A stretch of DNA of 64,000 nt, from assembly GCA_964640385.1 (NCBI GenBank), contig CAZXFL010000005.1, positions 50,965 through 114,964 on the forward strand, in the 5' to 3' direction. The notes under the pieces were generated by a model that did no database searches, had not been told where the DNA came from, and worked only from the letters and a program-made list of their open reading frames with translations. The stretch comes from an uncultured Actinomycetes bacterium. Lineage in GTDB: Bacteria; Actinomycetota; UBA4738; JBBDHU01. Shown here piece after piece: positions 28,840 to 40,284 of the stretch; positions within the stretch are counted from its first letter, which is position 1, and the number at the start of each line of letters is the position of its first letter. A program made the position numbers and the translations under genes.

Positions 28840-28958
28840 GCTGGGCCGCGCGGGCCATACCGGAGTGACTATCCAGGTTCACCCGGGCACGACCTAAAGC
28901 CGGAGGGTCTTGTGCGCCGAACGAACAGAGAGAGCCCGGGAGGAAGGGAACCGCCAGG

Positions 28959-31628
28959 ATGAGGAAGTCGCTGCTCGCCGCACTCGCGGTTGCCCTGTTC
29001 GCACTGGGACTCGCGGTGCCGAGCGCAGACGCCCTCAAACGGTCGGACGACGTCCTGGTCCGAAGCGCCGAGAAGCACGACGTGTCACCGGCGGTCAGGA
29101 CCCTGCCGGAAGACCGCCACCTGCCCGCGCAGACGTACCTCATCCCCGAACACGAACGGCCCCGGCTGATCGGCGTCGAGGGAGACTCCACCGACCCAGT
29201 GGTCCAGCGGCACGCGCCGACCAACGCGCCACTGAAGCGCATGCCCGCCTCGACCGACTTCGACGGGATCTCGTTCACCGGCGCGCTGCCGCCCGACACG
29301 AACGGTGATGTTGGGCCGAACCACTACGTGCAAACCGTCAACGTGAAGTTCGCCATCTACAACAAGTCGGGAACGCAGCTCGCCGGGCCGACCAGCGTCA
29401 ACGCGCTGTGGGCCGGGTTCGGCGGCAAGTGTGAGCAGAACAACCATGGCGACCCGATCGTCCTCTACGATCCGCTGGCCGACCGCTGGCTCATGAGCCA
29501 GTTCGCGAATGCCTCCTCGACCACCGGTCCCTACTACGAGTGCATCGCCATCTCCACGACAAGCGACCCCCTCGGGACCTGGTACCGGTACTCGTTCCAG
29601 ACGCCGAGCAACCGATTCCCGGACTACCCGAAGTTCGGCGTCTGGCCCGACGGCTACTACATGAGCGCGAACGAGTTTACGTGCCCGACCTGCTTCGTAG
29701 GCATCGGCATGTACGCCTTCGACCGCTCGAAGATGCTGAACGGCCAGAACGCGACCTTCCTCTACAACCATCTCGGCACGTCCTACTTCGGGCTCCTGCC
29801 CACCGACATCGACGGCAGCACCCCGCCCGCTCCCGGTGACCCTGCCATCTTCGCGATGGCCGAGGACACCTCGACCGGCGGAGGCAACGACACGTTGCGC
29901 CTGTGGGAATTCGATGCCGACTTCCCCGGTGCATCCGCAACCGTGACGGGCCCGTCGAACGTCTCGGTCGCCGCCTTCGACTCAGGACTTTGCTCTTCGA
30001 ATCCGTACGAGTGCGTGCCGCAATCAGGCACCGGCCAGAAGCTCGATCCGATGGCCGACTACATGATGTTCCGGATGGCGTACCGCAACCTCGGGTCGCA
30101 TGAGTCGATCGTGCTGACCCATACCGTCGACGTCGGCTCCGACCGAGCCGCGCCCCGCTGGTACGAGCTGCGGAGCACGGGCGGCGCGTGGACCGTGTAC
30201 CAGCAGGGCACCTACGCACCCGACACGACCCACCGCTGGATGCAGAGCATCGCGATGGACCAGGACGGCAACATCGCGATGGGATACTCGGCGTCCAGCT
30301 CCTCGATCTTCCCGTCGATGCGCTATGCGGGCCGGCTGACGTCCGACGCCCTCGGCACGTTGGGTCAGACTGAATCAGTGATGCAGGCCGGCGGCGGTTC
30401 CCAGACCGACGCGTCCGGCCGGTGGGGGGACTACTCCGCCATGTCGGTGGATCCGGCCGATGACTGCACGTTCTGGTACACCAACGAGTACTACTCGAGC
30501 GGCAGCGCCGACAGCTGGAGGACGCGGATCGGGCACTTCGAGTTCCCTGCCTGCGGCACGCCGGCATCGCCGACCTTCTCCATCAACAACGTCTCGGTGA
30601 ACGAAGGGAACGCGGGCACGACCGCGGCGACCTTCACCGTCTCACTCTCGCCGACGGCGGGCTCGACCGAGACCGTCGACTACGCGACGGCCGACGACAC
30701 CGCGACCACCGCCGACAACGACTACGTGACCAAGTCGGGAACGCTCACGTTCGGATCGGGGGTCGGCTCACAGACCGTCACGATCGACGTGAACGGAGAC
30801 ACCACCGACGAGCCCACCGAGCAGTTCTTCGTGGACCTATCGAGCGCCAGCGCGGGGACCTCGATCGGCGATGGACGAGGCACCGGCACGATCGTGAACG
30901 ACGACACCACCGGAGGCGGCGGATGCGACATCACCGGCACCAGCGGGGACGATGAGCTGATCGGCACGGGCGCCGACGAGACGCTCTGTGGACTCGGCGG
31001 CGACGACATCCTGCGCGGCGGGGGCGGCAACGACACGTTGGACGGTGACGGCGGCTACGACGTCGGCGTCTACGACACCGCGCCGTCGGGGGTCGACGTC
31101 AACCTCGCGGCCGGCACGGCCACGGGCGGCGCAGGCTCGGACACGCTGATCAGCATCGAAGACGTAGCAGGCTCTTCGTTCGCCGACACCCTGACCGGCG
31201 ACGGGACGGAGAACTTCCTCTACGGCCTCGGCGGCAACGACATGATCGACGGAGCGGCCGGCTACGATCGGATCGTCTATCTGAACGCTTCCTCCGGGGT
31301 GACGGTCAAGCTCAAGTTCGGCACCGCGACCGGCGGCGAGGGCAACGATACCCTCGCTTCGATCGAGGACATCGTCGGTTCCGGCTTCAGCGACGTCCTC
31401 GTCGGCGCCGGAGGCTCGAACTTCATCTACGCCGGCAACGGGAACGACACCCTCAAGGGGCAGTCCGGACCCGACGACCTGTTCGGTGAGGCCGGCAACG
31501 ATTCGTTCAACGGCGGCAAGGGCACCGACCGATGCGTCCAGGCTGGTGGGACCGGGCCGAAGCGACGCTGCGAGCTGGGGACGTACCAAAGTCCCGACGC
31601 GACCCGCGAGCCCTGGGTCGCTCCCTAG
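28959..31628 (+). CDS. Large secreted protein: uncharacterised N-terminal domain + Calx-beta domain + RTX-type Ca-binding repeats
   Basis: Signal peptide. Calx-beta-like block (FSINNVSVNEGNAG...ATADDTATTADNDYV...TFGSG...QTVTIDVNGDTTDEP...E.F). Multiple GGxGxDxL nonapeptides at the C-terminus (LGGDDILRGGGGNDTLDGDGGYD...). Confidence 0.7.
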   Translation: MRKSLLAALAVALFALGLAVPSADALKRSDDVLVRSAEKHDVSPAVRTLPEDRHLPAQTYLIPEHERPRLIGVEGDSTDPVVQRHAPTNAPLKRMPASTDFDGISFTGALPPDTNGDVGPNHYVQTVNVKFAIYNKSGTQLAGPTSVNALWAGFGGKCEQNNHGDPIVLYDPLADRWLMSQFANASSTTGPYYECIAISTTSDPLGTWYRYSFQTPSNRFPDYPKFGVWPDGYYMSANEFTCPTCFVGIGMYAFDRSKMLNGQNATFLYNHLGTSYFGLLPTDIDGSTPPAPGDPAIFAMAEDTSTGGGNDTLRLWEFDADFPGASATVTGPSNVSVAAFDSGLCSSNPYECVPQSGTGQKLDPMADYMMFRMAYRNLGSHESIVLTHTVDVGSDRAAPRWYELRSTGGAWTVYQQGTYAPDTTHRWMQSIAMDQDGNIAMGYSASSSSIFPSMRYAGRLTSDALGTLGQTESVMQAGGGSQTDASGRWGDYSAMSVDPADDCTFWYTNEYYSSGSADSWRTRIGHFEFPACGTPASPTFSINNVSVNEGNAGTTAATFTVSLSPTAGSTETVDYATADDTATTADNDYVTKSGTLTFGSGVGSQTVTIDVNGDTTDEPTEQFFVDLSSASAGTSIGDGRGTGTIVNDDTTGGGGCDITGTSGDDELIGTGADETLCGLGGDDILRGGGGNDTLDGDGGYDVGVYDTAPSGVDVNLAAGTATGGAGSDTLISIEDVAGSSFADTLTGDGTENFLYGLGGNDMIDGAAGYDRIVYLNASSGVTVKLKFGTATGGEGNDTLASIEDIVGSGFSDVLVGAGGSNFIYAGNGNDTLKGQSGPDDLFGEAGNDSFNGGKGTDRCVQAGGTGPKRRCELGTYQSPDATREPWVAP

Positions 31629-31650
31629 GGCTGCCGCACGCGCGCTCCGC

Positions 31651-31980
31651 CTACGCCCAGGATTGGTCGTACGCGTAGATGTCTTCGGGGTAGTACCAGG
31701 CCTCGGTGACCTTCCCGTCGCTCACGTGGAAGACGTTGACCCCGCGTTCGTCGATGGATCTCCCGTTGCGCTCGGCGCGGACGTGGATCAGCGCGACCCC
31801 GTGTTCGTCGTTGGCGAGGACATCGTGGAGCTCGATGCTCATCGAGCCGGCCGTCTCCTGCCCCATCCGACCGAAATAGCTGAACACGGCCTCATGACCC
31901 TCGTAGTCACCTGCGGACGGGTTACGGCCCGGCACATGCCAGACGACCGTCGGATCGAGCAGGTTGGCGAGAGCGTCCAT
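31651..31980 (-). CDS. SnoaL-like / NTF2-fold protein
   Basis: 109 aa (MDALANLLDPTVVWHVPGRNPSAGDYEGHEAV...). Third SnoaL-like gene in the window. Confidence 0.5.
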   Translation of the reverse strand: MDALANLLDPTVVWHVPGRNPSAGDYEGHEAVFSYFGRMGQETAGSMSIELHDVLANDEHGVALIHVRAERNGRSIDERGVNVFHVSDGKVTEAWYYPEDIYAYDQSWA

Positions 31981-32112
31981 GTCCCCGGCCCCGAACGCCT
32001 GGTACCCGGCGCGGATGAGGTCCTCGTTGGAGTGGGCCGCCGTGCTCCTCCCGTCGGGAACGCGAAGTCTAGGAGGCGAGCAGCCCGATGGTCAAGAACC
32101 GCGAACGCCGGC

Positions 32113-32586
32113 TCAGACCTTCGACCGGCCGAGCTTGCCGGTCAGGTGGCGCGCCAAGGGCACCTCGCCTGTTGACAGGCTGATCTCGTAGAGCAGGCTC
32201 TCGCCCTCACGCCGGTACGAACGCAGCAGCCCGGTCACGGGAAGCCCGGTCGTTGCCTGCGTCACCCGGGTGGAAACGAGCCGGATCGAATGGTCGGAAA
32301 CCTCACCCTCACCGATCTCGGTCACGCCGATCGGATGCGCCAGGGTGACATCGACGCGGTCCCCGCCGTACCGCCAGAAACCACGCTCCTGGTGCATCGT
32401 CACGCCCGTCTCCGGATCCCACGCACGCTGGGCGTACACCAAGAAGGGGAAGTCCTCGCCACCGCCTCCGAGGGTGAATTCCATCTCCTCCAGATACGTG
32501 AACCGCCCCACGGTCGGCCAGTCGCCTTCACCGCCGCCCGTCCATGTGCCGAGCAGGAACTCAAGCGGCAGAAGCGCGCCGGTCAC
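32113..32586 (-). CDS. FABP/nitrobindin-like (DUF1794) beta-barrel protein
   Basis: A GTG start at 32586 forms a GTGA overlap with the cimA stop. LLGTWTGGGEGDWPTVGRFTYLEEMEF motif. Confidence 0.55.
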   Translation of the reverse strand: MTGALLPLEFLLGTWTGGGEGDWPTVGRFTYLEEMEFTLGGGGEDFPFLVYAQRAWDPETGVTMHQERGFWRYGGDRVDVTLAHPIGVTEIGEGEVSDHSIRLVSTRVTQATTGLPVTGLLRSYRREGESLLYEISLSTGEVPLARHLTGKLGRSKV

Positions 32587-34142
32587 GCATCCCTCGGGTG
32601 GAGCAGGCCGTACACGATCGAATCCGTCAGAGCCTCCCACGAAGCCTCGATGATGTTCTCGGACACGCCGATGGTCGTCCATTCCCGCTCGCCGTTGGAC
32701 GAGTCGATCAACACGCGTACCACCGCGCCGGTCCCGGACTTCGTGTCCAGCACGCGCACCCGGTAGTCGGTCAGCTCGATGTTGGCCATCTCCGGGTAGA
32801 TCTCGCCGATCGCCTTGCGGAACGCGTTATCCAGCGCACCGACTGGACCGGGACCCTCGGCGGTCGCGATGTGGCGCTCGCCGCCGGCCTGCACCCGCAC
32901 CGTCGCCTCGGCCAGCGTCCCCGCGCCCTCCCACTGATCCACCGTCACGCGGAAGCTTTCGATGTCGAACCACTCCTGCTCCCAGCCCTGCGCGCGCCGC
33001 ATCAGCAGCTCGAGCGACGCGTCGGCGGCCTCGTAGGTGTAGCCGCCGGCCTCTTTGTCCTTGACCACGTCCAGGATCGTACCGGCGGCGTCCTTGTTCA
33101 GCTCGATGCCGAACCCCTCGGCCTTCATGTGCAGCGTCGACCCGCCGCCAAGTTCGCTGACCGCGACCGAGCGCAGGTTCCCCACCGACTCCGGCGGGAT
33201 GTGCTCGTAGGCCTCGGTCAGCCGCGAAACCCCAGAGGTGTGCAGCCCGGCCTTGTGCGTGAACGCGTGCCGGCCCGCGTACGGCTGGCGCGGATCGGGG
33301 ATGACGTTGGCGACCTCGGAGACGAAGTGCGCGACCTCGGTCAACCGCTTCACCGAACCTTCCGGCAGCACGTCGATCCCCATCTTGAGCGTCAGGTCGG
33401 CGATGAGCGGGACGAGATCGGCGTTGCCGGTGCGCTCGCCGTAGCCGTTGATGACCCCCTGAACCTGGAGCGCGCCCGCCTCAACCGCCGCCAGGGACGA
33501 AGCCACCGCGCATCCCGCGTCGTTGTGTGCATGGATCCCAAGCGGGGTGAGCGTCTGCTCCTTGACCTCGGCCACGATGCGCGCGACCTCCGACGGCAAC
33601 ACTCCCCCGTTCGTGTCGCAGAGCACCAGCCGCTCCGCCCCCGCCTCCTCGGCCACCGCCAACACCTCCATGGCGTACTGCGGGTTGGCCTTGTACCCAT
33701 CGAAGAAGTGCTCGGCGTCGAAGAAGACATGGCGCCCTTCGGCGGTCAGGAACCGGATCGAGTCGCGCACCATCGCGACGCCTTCGGCGAGGTCGGTCTG
33801 GAGCGCCTCGGTCACGTGCAGGTCCCAGGACTTGCCAACCAGGCACACGTAGGAGGTCCCGGCGTCGAGCATGTCCTTGAGGACCGCGCTGGTCTCGGCG
33901 CCCTCGCCGGCCTTGCGCGTCATCCCGAACGCGGTCAGCGTCGAGGTCGTCAGTGTCTCGGCGGCCGCCAGGCGGAAGAACTCGGAGTCGCGCGGATTCG
34001 CGCCCGGCCAGCCGCCCTCGATGAACGGCATGCCCAGCTCGTCGAGCTTGTGCAGGATGCGGAGCCGATCCTCCACCGAATACGAAAGGCCCGGCGCCTG
34101 CGCGCCGTCACGCAGCGTCGTATCGTACAGCTCGACGGCCAT
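32583..34142 (-). CDS. cimA: (R)-citramalate synthase (LeuA-related clade, CimA-like)
   Basis: 519 aa, starting at Met131 of ORF 32583..34532 (MAVELYDTTLRDGAQAPG). The EGGWPGANPRD motif and LeuA-dimer C-terminus fit the citramalate-synthase clade rather than canonical LeuA. It lies 2 nt after the leuB stop. Confidence 0.65.
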   Translation of the reverse strand: MAVELYDTTLRDGAQAPGLSYSVEDRLRILHKLDELGMPFIEGGWPGANPRDSEFFRLAAAETLTTSTLTAFGMTRKAGEGAETSAVLKDMLDAGTSYVCLVGKSWDLHVTEALQTDLAEGVAMVRDSIRFLTAEGRHVFFDAEHFFDGYKANPQYAMEVLAVAEEAGAERLVLCDTNGGVLPSEVARIVAEVKEQTLTPLGIHAHNDAGCAVASSLAAVEAGALQVQGVINGYGERTGNADLVPLIADLTLKMGIDVLPEGSVKRLTEVAHFVSEVANVIPDPRQPYAGRHAFTHKAGLHTSGVSRLTEAYEHIPPESVGNLRSVAVSELGGGSTLHMKAEGFGIELNKDAAGTILDVVKDKEAGGYTYEAADASLELLMRRAQGWEQEWFDIESFRVTVDQWEGAGTLAEATVRVQAGGERHIATAEGPGPVGALDNAFRKAIGEIYPEMANIELTDYRVRVLDTKSGTGAVVRVLIDSSNGEREWTTIGVSENIIEASWEALTDSIVYGLLHPRDA

Positions 34143-34144
34143 GG

Positions 34145-35203
34145 CTAGGAGGCCCCCTCCACGACCAGGTCGCCGACCTCTTGGGTCCGGTACCCCATCT
34201 TCCCGGCAGACATCGATTCCATCTTGGACACCGCGAACCGGATACCTCGGTCGACGGCATCGGCAGCTTCGGTCTCGCCGAGCTGCGCCAGCAGCATCTG
34301 ACCCGCCCCGATCGCCGCGACAGGGTTGATCGTGTCCTTGCCGACCTCGGTCGGCGCGGTTCCGCCGATCGGCTCGAACATCGAAACGCCCTCGGGGTTG
34401 ATGTTCCCGCCCGCGGCCACGCCCATGCCGCCCTGGATCATCGCGCCGAGGTCGGTGATGATGTCGCCGAACATGTTGTCGGTCACGATCACGTCGAAAC
34501 GCCCCGGCGAATCCAGGAAGTAGATGCAGCACGCATCGACGTGCACGTACGCCGTCTCGACGTCCGTGAACTCGCTCGCGCCCAGCTCATCGACGACCCG
34601 CTGGTACAGATCACCCGCGAACGTCAGTACGTTCGTCTTGTGGACCAGCGTCAGGTGCTTGCGCCGGGTGCGCGCCAGCTCGAACGCGTAGCGCACGATG
34701 CGCTCGACGCCGTGGCGCGTATTGATCGACTCCTGCACCGCGACCTCGTGCGGCGTGTCCTTGCGGTGGAACCCACCGGCCCCGCTGTAGAGGCCCTCGG
34801 AGTTCTCCCGCACGACCACCATGTTCACGTCGTCGTCGGATCGTGACGGCAGCAACGTCTGCACGCCTGGGTAGCGCACGATCGGACGCAGGTTCACGTA
34901 CTGATCGAGTTCGAACCGCAGCTTCAATAGCAGCCCGCGCTCGATGACACCGGGCGGCACGTCCGGATGACCGACCGCGCCGAGGTAGATCGCGTCCATC
35001 GTCCGCAGTTCGTCGAACGTCTCCTCCGGCAGCACGACTCCGTCGCGCAGGTAGCGCTCGCCCGAGAGGTCGTGGTCGACCCAGTCCAGCGTGAACCCAC
35101 CCGCGGCGGCCTGCGCGTCCAAGACCTTGCGGCCCTCGCGGATCACCTCGGGGCCGGTGCCGTCGCCCGCGATGACCGCGACCCGGTAGGAGCGCCCGCT
35201 CAC
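34145..35203 (-). CDS. leuB: 3-isopropylmalate dehydrogenase
   Basis: 352 aa, isocitrate/isopropylmalate dehydrogenase family (NLRP, GSAPDIAG-like [11 protein letters not shown] region). 4-nt overlap with leuA. Confidence 0.85.
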   Translation of the reverse strand: MSGRSYRVAVIAGDGTGPEVIREGRKVLDAQAAAGGFTLDWVDHDLSGERYLRDGVVLPEETFDELRTMDAIYLGAVGHPDVPPGVIERGLLLKLRFELDQYVNLRPIVRYPGVQTLLPSRSDDDVNMVVVRENSEGLYSGAGGFHRKDTPHEVAVQESINTRHGVERIVRYAFELARTRRKHLTLVHKTNVLTFAGDLYQRVVDELGASEFTDVETAYVHVDACCIYFLDSPGRFDVIVTDNMFGDIITDLGAMIQGGMGVAAGGNINPEGVSMFEPIGGTAPTEVGKDTINPVAAIGAGQMLLAQLGETEAADAVDRGIRFAVSKMESMSAGKMGYRTQEVGDLVVEGAS

Positions 35204-36762
35204 GGCGTCACCTCCGCGCTGGAGTCGGGACCCTCACCTTCCGCCGCCGCCATCTGCAGCGAACGGTTGATCGCGGCCAGGTAGGCCAGGCCGCTGGCCT
35301 CGACGGTGTCGACCGACACGCCACGGCCCGTCACGCGCCGCCCGTCGATCTCGACCTGCACGACCACATCGCCGAGCGCGTCGGTCCCGCCGGTGATCGC
35401 CGCCACGTTGAACGTGATGAGCTTGGCGGACACGCCGGTCGCCCGCTGCACCGCGGTGCACACGGCATCGATCGGCCCGTTGCCCTTGGCCGAATCCTCG
35501 ACGACCTCGTCGCCGCGCCGCACCTTCACCCTCGCCTTCGGCGAGACATCCGAGCCGCCGGTGAACTCGATCGACTCGATGACCCACTCGTTGGCCACGG
35601 CCCGCTTCGACTTGCCGACCTCCTCGGACACGATCGCCTCGAGGTCTTGGTCGGTCAGCTCGATCTTACGGTCGGCCAACTCCTTGAACCGCGCGAACAC
35701 CAGGTTCAGCGCGTCGGCCGACAGGTCGTAGCCCATCTTGTGCAGCGCGTCGTCGAACGCGTGCCGCCCGGAGTGCTTGCCGAGCACGATGCGGTTGCCC
35801 TCCAGGCCGACCTCGAGGGGATCCATGATCTCGTAGGTCGCGCGGTTGGACAGCACGCCGTGCTGGTGGATCCCGCTCTCGTGGGCGAAGGCGCTTGCGC
35901 CGACCACGGCCTTGTTCTGCTGCACGGTGTACCCCGTCATCATCGAGACGAGCCGCGAGGTGCGCATGATCTCCTTCGTGTTGAGCTGATGCTGCAGCTC
36001 AAGCGACTTGCCGCGCGTGCGGATGATCATCGCCATCTCCTCGAGCGAGCAGTTGCCCGCACGTTCCCCGATACCGTTGATCGCCACCTCGACCTGTCGC
36101 GCGCCGTTGACCACACCGGCCAGGGAGTTCGCGACCGACAGCCCGAGGTCGTTGTGGCAGTGCGTCGAGATGGTCACGTGGTCCGGCGTCTGCTCGCGCA
36201 CGACACGGACCAGCTCGCCGAACTCGTGCGGCATCGCGTAGCCGACCGTGTCGGGCACGTTGATCGTCGTCGCGCCGGCCTCGACCGCCACCCGATAGCA
36301 CTCGAGCAGGAAGTCCAGCTCGGTGCGCGTGGCGTCCTGCGCCGACCATTCGACGTCCGGCGTGTAGCCGACCGCTTGCTTCACCCCGTCGCGGATCGCG
36401 TCTAGCACCTGGTTGGCCGACATCCGCAGCATGTCCTCCATGTGGATGTCGCTGGTGGAGATGAACGTGTGGATGCGCCAGTTCTCAGCGCCCTTCAGCG
36501 CTTCCGCCGCGCGGTCGATGTCGCCCGGCGTGACTCGCGCCAGCGAGCAGATGACCGGGCCGCGGACCGACGACGCGATCTCACGGATGGCTTCGAACTC
36601 ACCTTCGCCACTGATCGCGAACCCTGCTTCGATGATGTCGACGTTGAGACGCGCGAGCTGCTCGGCGATCTCGACCTTCTCGGAGCGCGTCAGCGCGATG
36701 CCCGGCGCTTGTTCGCCGTCGCGCAGGGTCGTGTCGAAGAACCGTACGTGGGGGTCAGGCAT
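35200..36762 (-). CDS. leuA: 2-isopropylmalate synthase (short-form LeuA)
   Basis: [22 protein letters not shown], and a LeuA allosteric C-terminal domain. 520 aa. Confidence 0.85.
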   Translation of the reverse strand: MPDPHVRFFDTTLRDGEQAPGIALTRSEKVEIAEQLARLNVDIIEAGFAISGEGEFEAIREIASSVRGPVICSLARVTPGDIDRAAEALKGAENWRIHTFISTSDIHMEDMLRMSANQVLDAIRDGVKQAVGYTPDVEWSAQDATRTELDFLLECYRVAVEAGATTINVPDTVGYAMPHEFGELVRVVREQTPDHVTISTHCHNDLGLSVANSLAGVVNGARQVEVAINGIGERAGNCSLEEMAMIIRTRGKSLELQHQLNTKEIMRTSRLVSMMTGYTVQQNKAVVGASAFAHESGIHQHGVLSNRATYEIMDPLEVGLEGNRIVLGKHSGRHAFDDALHKMGYDLSADALNLVFARFKELADRKIELTDQDLEAIVSEEVGKSKRAVANEWVIESIEFTGGSDVSPKARVKVRRGDEVVEDSAKGNGPIDAVCTAVQRATGVSAKLITFNVAAITGGTDALGDVVVQVEIDGRRVTGRGVSVDTVEASGLAYLAAINRSLQMAAAEGEGPDSSAEVTP

Positions 36763-37765
36763 CGGGTGCCTTCTTCCCCTCCAGCCACGGCATCATCCCG
36801 CGGAGCTCGGCGCCGACCTCCTCGATCTGCGACTTGCGCGACTCGGCCCGCATCTTCAGGAAGTTCTGGAACCCGCCCTCGGCCTCGGCGATCCACTCCT
36901 TGGCGAACTGCCCGCTCTGGATCTCGTCGAGGATCGTGCGCATCTCGCCGCGCGTGCGGTCGTCAACCACCCGCGGCCCGCGCGAGTAGTCGCCGTACTC
37001 AGCCGTGTCACTGATCGAGTACCGCATGTAGCCCATGCCGCCCTCGTAGAGCAGGTCCACGATCAGCTTCATCTCGTGCAGGCACTCGAAGTAGGCGACC
37101 TCGGGCTGGTATCCGGCGGCGACCAACGTCTCGAACCCCGCGCGGATCAACGACGTCGACCCGCCGCACAGCACGGCCTGCTCGCCGAACAGGTCGGTCT
37201 CGGTCTCCTCCTTGAAGGTGGTCTCGATCAGCCCGGCGCGCGCGGCCCCGATGCCCATCGCGTAGGCCAGCGCCCGCGCCTTGCCCGTGCCGGTCTCGTC
37301 CTTCTCGACCGCGATCAGGGCCGGCGTGCCGATGCCCTCCTCGTAGGTCCGGCGCACGAGGTGCCCCGGCCCCTTCGGCGCGATCATCGTGACGTCGATG
37401 CCCTCGGGCACATCGATCGTCTCGAAGTGGATATTGAACCCGTGCGCGAACATCAGCATGTTGCCAGGCTGCAACCCCGGCTCGATCTCCTCCCGGAACG
37501 CTTTGGCCTGCGAGGTGTCCGGAAGGAGCACCATGATGACGTCGGCCTCCGCCACGGCGTCGGCCGTGTCCATCACCGGCAAGCCTGCCCTCTCGACCTC
37601 GGCCCGAGAGGAAGAGCCCGGCCGCAGCCCGACCCGAACGTCGTACCCGGAGTCGTTCAGGTTCAGCGCGTGCGCGTGCCCTTGCGAACCGAACCCGAGG
37701 ATCGCGATCTTCTGACCCTTCAGCGCCGAGCCGTCGATGTCCTTCTCGTAATAGATGGTCGCCAT
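36755..37765 (-). CDS. ilvC: Ketol-acid reductoisomerase
   Basis: Starts at Met81 of ORF 36755..38005 ([36 protein letters not shown]) with a GGAGA RBS. 336 aa. Confidence 0.9.
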   Translation of the reverse strand: MATIYYEKDIDGSALKGQKIAILGFGSQGHAHALNLNDSGYDVRVGLRPGSSSRAEVERAGLPVMDTADAVAEADVIMVLLPDTSQAKAFREEIEPGLQPGNMLMFAHGFNIHFETIDVPEGIDVTMIAPKGPGHLVRRTYEEGIGTPALIAVEKDETGTGKARALAYAMGIGAARAGLIETTFKEETETDLFGEQAVLCGGSTSLIRAGFETLVAAGYQPEVAYFECLHEMKLIVDLLYEGGMGYMRYSISDTAEYGDYSRGPRVVDDRTRGEMRTILDEIQSGQFAKEWIAEAEGGFQNFLKMRAESRKSQIEEVGAELRGMMPWLEGKKAPDA

Positions 37766-37812
37766 GTCGGTTCTCCTCTCTGTTGCGTTACTCGTTGGCC
37801 TTCTCGTTGGCC

Positions 37813-38334
37813 CTATTCGTTGGATGCGGCTCTGAGCGTCCGTTCGCGGATGCCCTTTTCGTCGCGCGAGAGCGCGATGCGGCCTGTGCGCGCCAGCTCG
37901 ACCATGCCGAACTCGTGGAGCAGTTCGAGCAACGCTTCCACCTTGTCGGGCGTCCCGGTCGCCTCGACCGTCACGGTCGAGGACGTCACGCCGACCACCC
38001 GGCACCGGAAGATGTCGGCGATCTCGATCACGCGAGCGCGCTGGTCGCCCTTCGTGCGGACCTTGACCAGGGCCAGCTCGCGTTCGACCGAATCCCGGTC
38101 GGTGTATTCGAGCACCTTGATGACGTTGACCAGCTTGTTCAACTGCTTCACCACCTGCTCGAGCGACTTCACCTGCAGGTCCACCACGATGGTCATGCGG
38201 GAGTAGTCCGGAACCTCGGTGGTCCCGACCGCCAGCGAGTGGATGTTGAACCCGCGCGCGGCGAACAGACCGGCGACACGCGTGAGGACGCCGGGGCGGT
38301 TCTCGACGAGGACGGACAGCGTATGCAGGCTCAT
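37813..38334 (-). CDS. ilvN: Acetolactate synthase small (regulatory) subunit
   Basis: 173 aa with ACT and ACT-like C-terminal domains ([37 protein letters not shown]). ATGA overlap with the ilvB stop. Confidence 0.9.
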   Translation of the reverse strand: MSLHTLSVLVENRPGVLTRVAGLFAARGFNIHSLAVGTTEVPDYSRMTIVVDLQVKSLEQVVKQLNKLVNVIKVLEYTDRDSVERELALVKVRTKGDQRARVIEIADIFRCRVVGVTSSTVTVEATGTPDKVEALLELLHEFGMVELARTGRIALSRDEKGIRERTLRAASNE

Positions 38335-40085
38335 GCGAGGCTCGCCGCCTTCGGGTCGTCTATCGGTTTCTCCTGACCCGGTCCGAGGATGATGTCGTCG
38401 TTGGAGGCGCCGGCGGGCACCATCGGGAACACCATCTCCTGCTGATCGCAGCGGAAGTCGATGACCACGGTGCGGTCCTCCACGGACAGCGCCTTGTCGA
38501 TCACGGTATCCACCTCTTCGGGCACTTCGGCACGGAGGCCGACACAGCCGTAAGCCTCCGCGAGCTGCACATAGTCGGGGACGTCGTGGGTCAGGTACAC
38601 CTGCGAGTAGCGCTCGTTGTAGAAGAGCTCCTGCCACTGGCGTACCATCCCGAGGTAGGCGTTGTTGATGATGGCGATGACCACCGGGATGTTCTCGGTC
38701 GTCATCGTCGCCAGCTCCTGGGCGGTCATCTGGAAGCAGCCGTCGCCGTCGATGGCCACGACCCGCGCGTCTGGCCGTCCCACCTTGGCGCCCATGGCGG
38801 CCGGCACCGCGTAGCCCATCGTCCCGAGGCCTCCCGAGTTCACCCAGTGACGCGGCTCCTCGAACTTCCAGTATTGCGACGCCCACATCTGGTGCTGGCC
38901 GACGCCGGCCACCAGGATCGTGTCCTGGTCCCTCGTCGCCTCATAGAGACGCTGCGTCGCGTACTGCGGCTTGATAGGGCCATCGTCGGGCTGCTCGTAC
39001 GCGTAGGGGAACTTGGTCTGCCACTCGTCGAGCTGCCCCAGCCACGGGGACCGGTCGGGCACGCCACCCAGCTCCTCCTGGCGCTTGGCCAGTTCGTCCG
39101 CCATCATCCCGATCACGATCTTGCAGTCTCCGACGATCGGCACATCGGCCTTGCGGTTCTTGCCGATCTCAGCCGGATCGATGTCGACGTGCACGATCTT
39201 CGCGTCCGGCGCGAACGCCGTCAGCTTGCCAGTCACCCGGTCGTCGAAGCGCGCTCCGAGCGACACGAGCAGGTCGGCCTTCTGCAGGGCCGTCACGGCC
39301 GTGTAGTTGCCGTGCATCCCGGGCATCTCGAGACACAACGGGTTCGAGTCGGGGAACGCCCCGCGCGCCATCAACGTCGTGACGACGGGAAGCTGCCCCT
39401 CGGTCGCCAGTCGGAACAGCTCCGGCGACGCGGCCGTCTTGATCACGCCGCCCCCGACGTAGAGCACCGGCCGCTTGGCTTCGAGGATCAGGCGCACGGC
39501 TTCGCGCACCTGCTTCGGGTTGCCCTTGGTCACCGGCTTGTAACCGGGGAGATCGACCTGGGAGGGCCACACGAACTCGGTCTCGGTCTGCAGGACGTCT
39601 TTGGGGATGTCCACGAGCACCGGCCCGGGACGTCCGGTTTCGGCGATGTAGAACGCCTCCTTGATGGCGGACGGGATCTGCCCGACATCGGTCACCAGCA
39701 TGTTGTGCTTGGTGATGGGCATGGAGATGCCCGTGATGTCGGCCTCTTGGAAGGCGTCGTTGCCCACGACAGGGGTCGGGACCTGGCCGGTGATGCAGAC
39801 CATCGGCACCGAATCCATCTTCGCGTCCGCCATCGCCGTCACGAGGTTCGTGGCCCCAGGGCCGGAGGTCGCCATGCAAACCGCGGCCTTGCCGGTCACC
39901 CACGCATACCCGGAAGCCGCGTGGCCCGCGCCCTGTTCGTGGCGGCACAGCACGTGACGCACGGACGAGTCGAGGATCGGGTCGTAGGCGGGCAGGATCG
40001 CCCCACCGGGCACCCCGAAGATCACGTCCGTTCCCTGTGCCTCGAGCGACTTGACGAGCGCTTCCGCTCCGCTGACCTTTGCCAT
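38331..40085 (-). CDS. ilvB: Acetolactate synthase large subunit (biosynthetic-type AHAS)
   Basis: 584 aa with TPP/FAD motifs ([26 protein letters not shown]). GGGAAGGAG RBS. Confidence 0.9.
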   Translation of the reverse strand: MAKVSGAEALVKSLEAQGTDVIFGVPGGAILPAYDPILDSSVRHVLCRHEQGAGHAASGYAWVTGKAAVCMATSGPGATNLVTAMADAKMDSVPMVCITGQVPTPVVGNDAFQEADITGISMPITKHNMLVTDVGQIPSAIKEAFYIAETGRPGPVLVDIPKDVLQTETEFVWPSQVDLPGYKPVTKGNPKQVREAVRLILEAKRPVLYVGGGVIKTAASPELFRLATEGQLPVVTTLMARGAFPDSNPLCLEMPGMHGNYTAVTALQKADLLVSLGARFDDRVTGKLTAFAPDAKIVHVDIDPAEIGKNRKADVPIVGDCKIVIGMMADELAKRQEELGGVPDRSPWLGQLDEWQTKFPYAYEQPDDGPIKPQYATQRLYEATRDQDTILVAGVGQHQMWASQYWKFEEPRHWVNSGGLGTMGYAVPAAMGAKVGRPDARVVAIDGDGCFQMTAQELATMTTENIPVVIAIINNAYLGMVRQWQELFYNERYSQVYLTHDVPDYVQLAEAYGCVGLRAEVPEEVDTVIDKALSVEDRTVVIDFRCDQQEMVFPMVPAGASNDDIILGPGQEKPIDDPKAASLA

Positions 40086-40155
40086 CTGGTGCTCCTTCCC
40101 GCCGGCTTGCTCCGGCTTCGTCGGTCCGTCCGTTCCCTCGTGAGGAACCCGGAAT

Positions 40156-40180
40156 CGAAAGAACCCCTCTCGTGGAGGGG
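40156..40180 (-). terminator. ilvB attenuator terminator hairpin
   Basis: On the mRNA strand GAACCCCTC-cacga-GAGGGGTTC (9-bp stem) is followed by a TTTCGATT U-rich tract. It lies about 70 nt upstream of the ilvB ATG and about 35 nt after the leader-peptide stop. Confidence 0.55.
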
Positions 40181-40215
40181 TTCGGCGCGCACAGGCCGAA
40201 ATGGCCCGCTCGCGC

Positions 40216-40275
40216 CTAGCGAATAAGTACCAGGGCCTGCGTGGTGCTCGTGTGCGTTCCGGCCTTCGAGTACAT
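40216..40275 (-). CDS. ilvB leader peptide [19 protein letters not shown] (19 aa)
   Basis: A short ORF ending in consecutive Leu-Val-Leu-Ile codons, with 4 Thr codons. It lies between a sigma70-like promoter and a terminator hairpin directly upstream of ilvBNC. Confidence 0.55.
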   Translation of the reverse strand: MYSKAGTHTSTTQALVLIR

Positions 40276-40284
40276 GGTCTTCTG

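Noticed and set aside
32583-34532. N-terminally extended ORF calls (e.g. 32583..34532, 36755..38005, 37813..38886, 58580..61213, 8835..10022, 50920..52509)
   Set aside because: The upstream extensions are Arg/Gly/Pro-rich junk overlapping neighbouring genes. The interior ATG/GTG starts, supported by RBS context and homology-plausible N-termini, were used instead.
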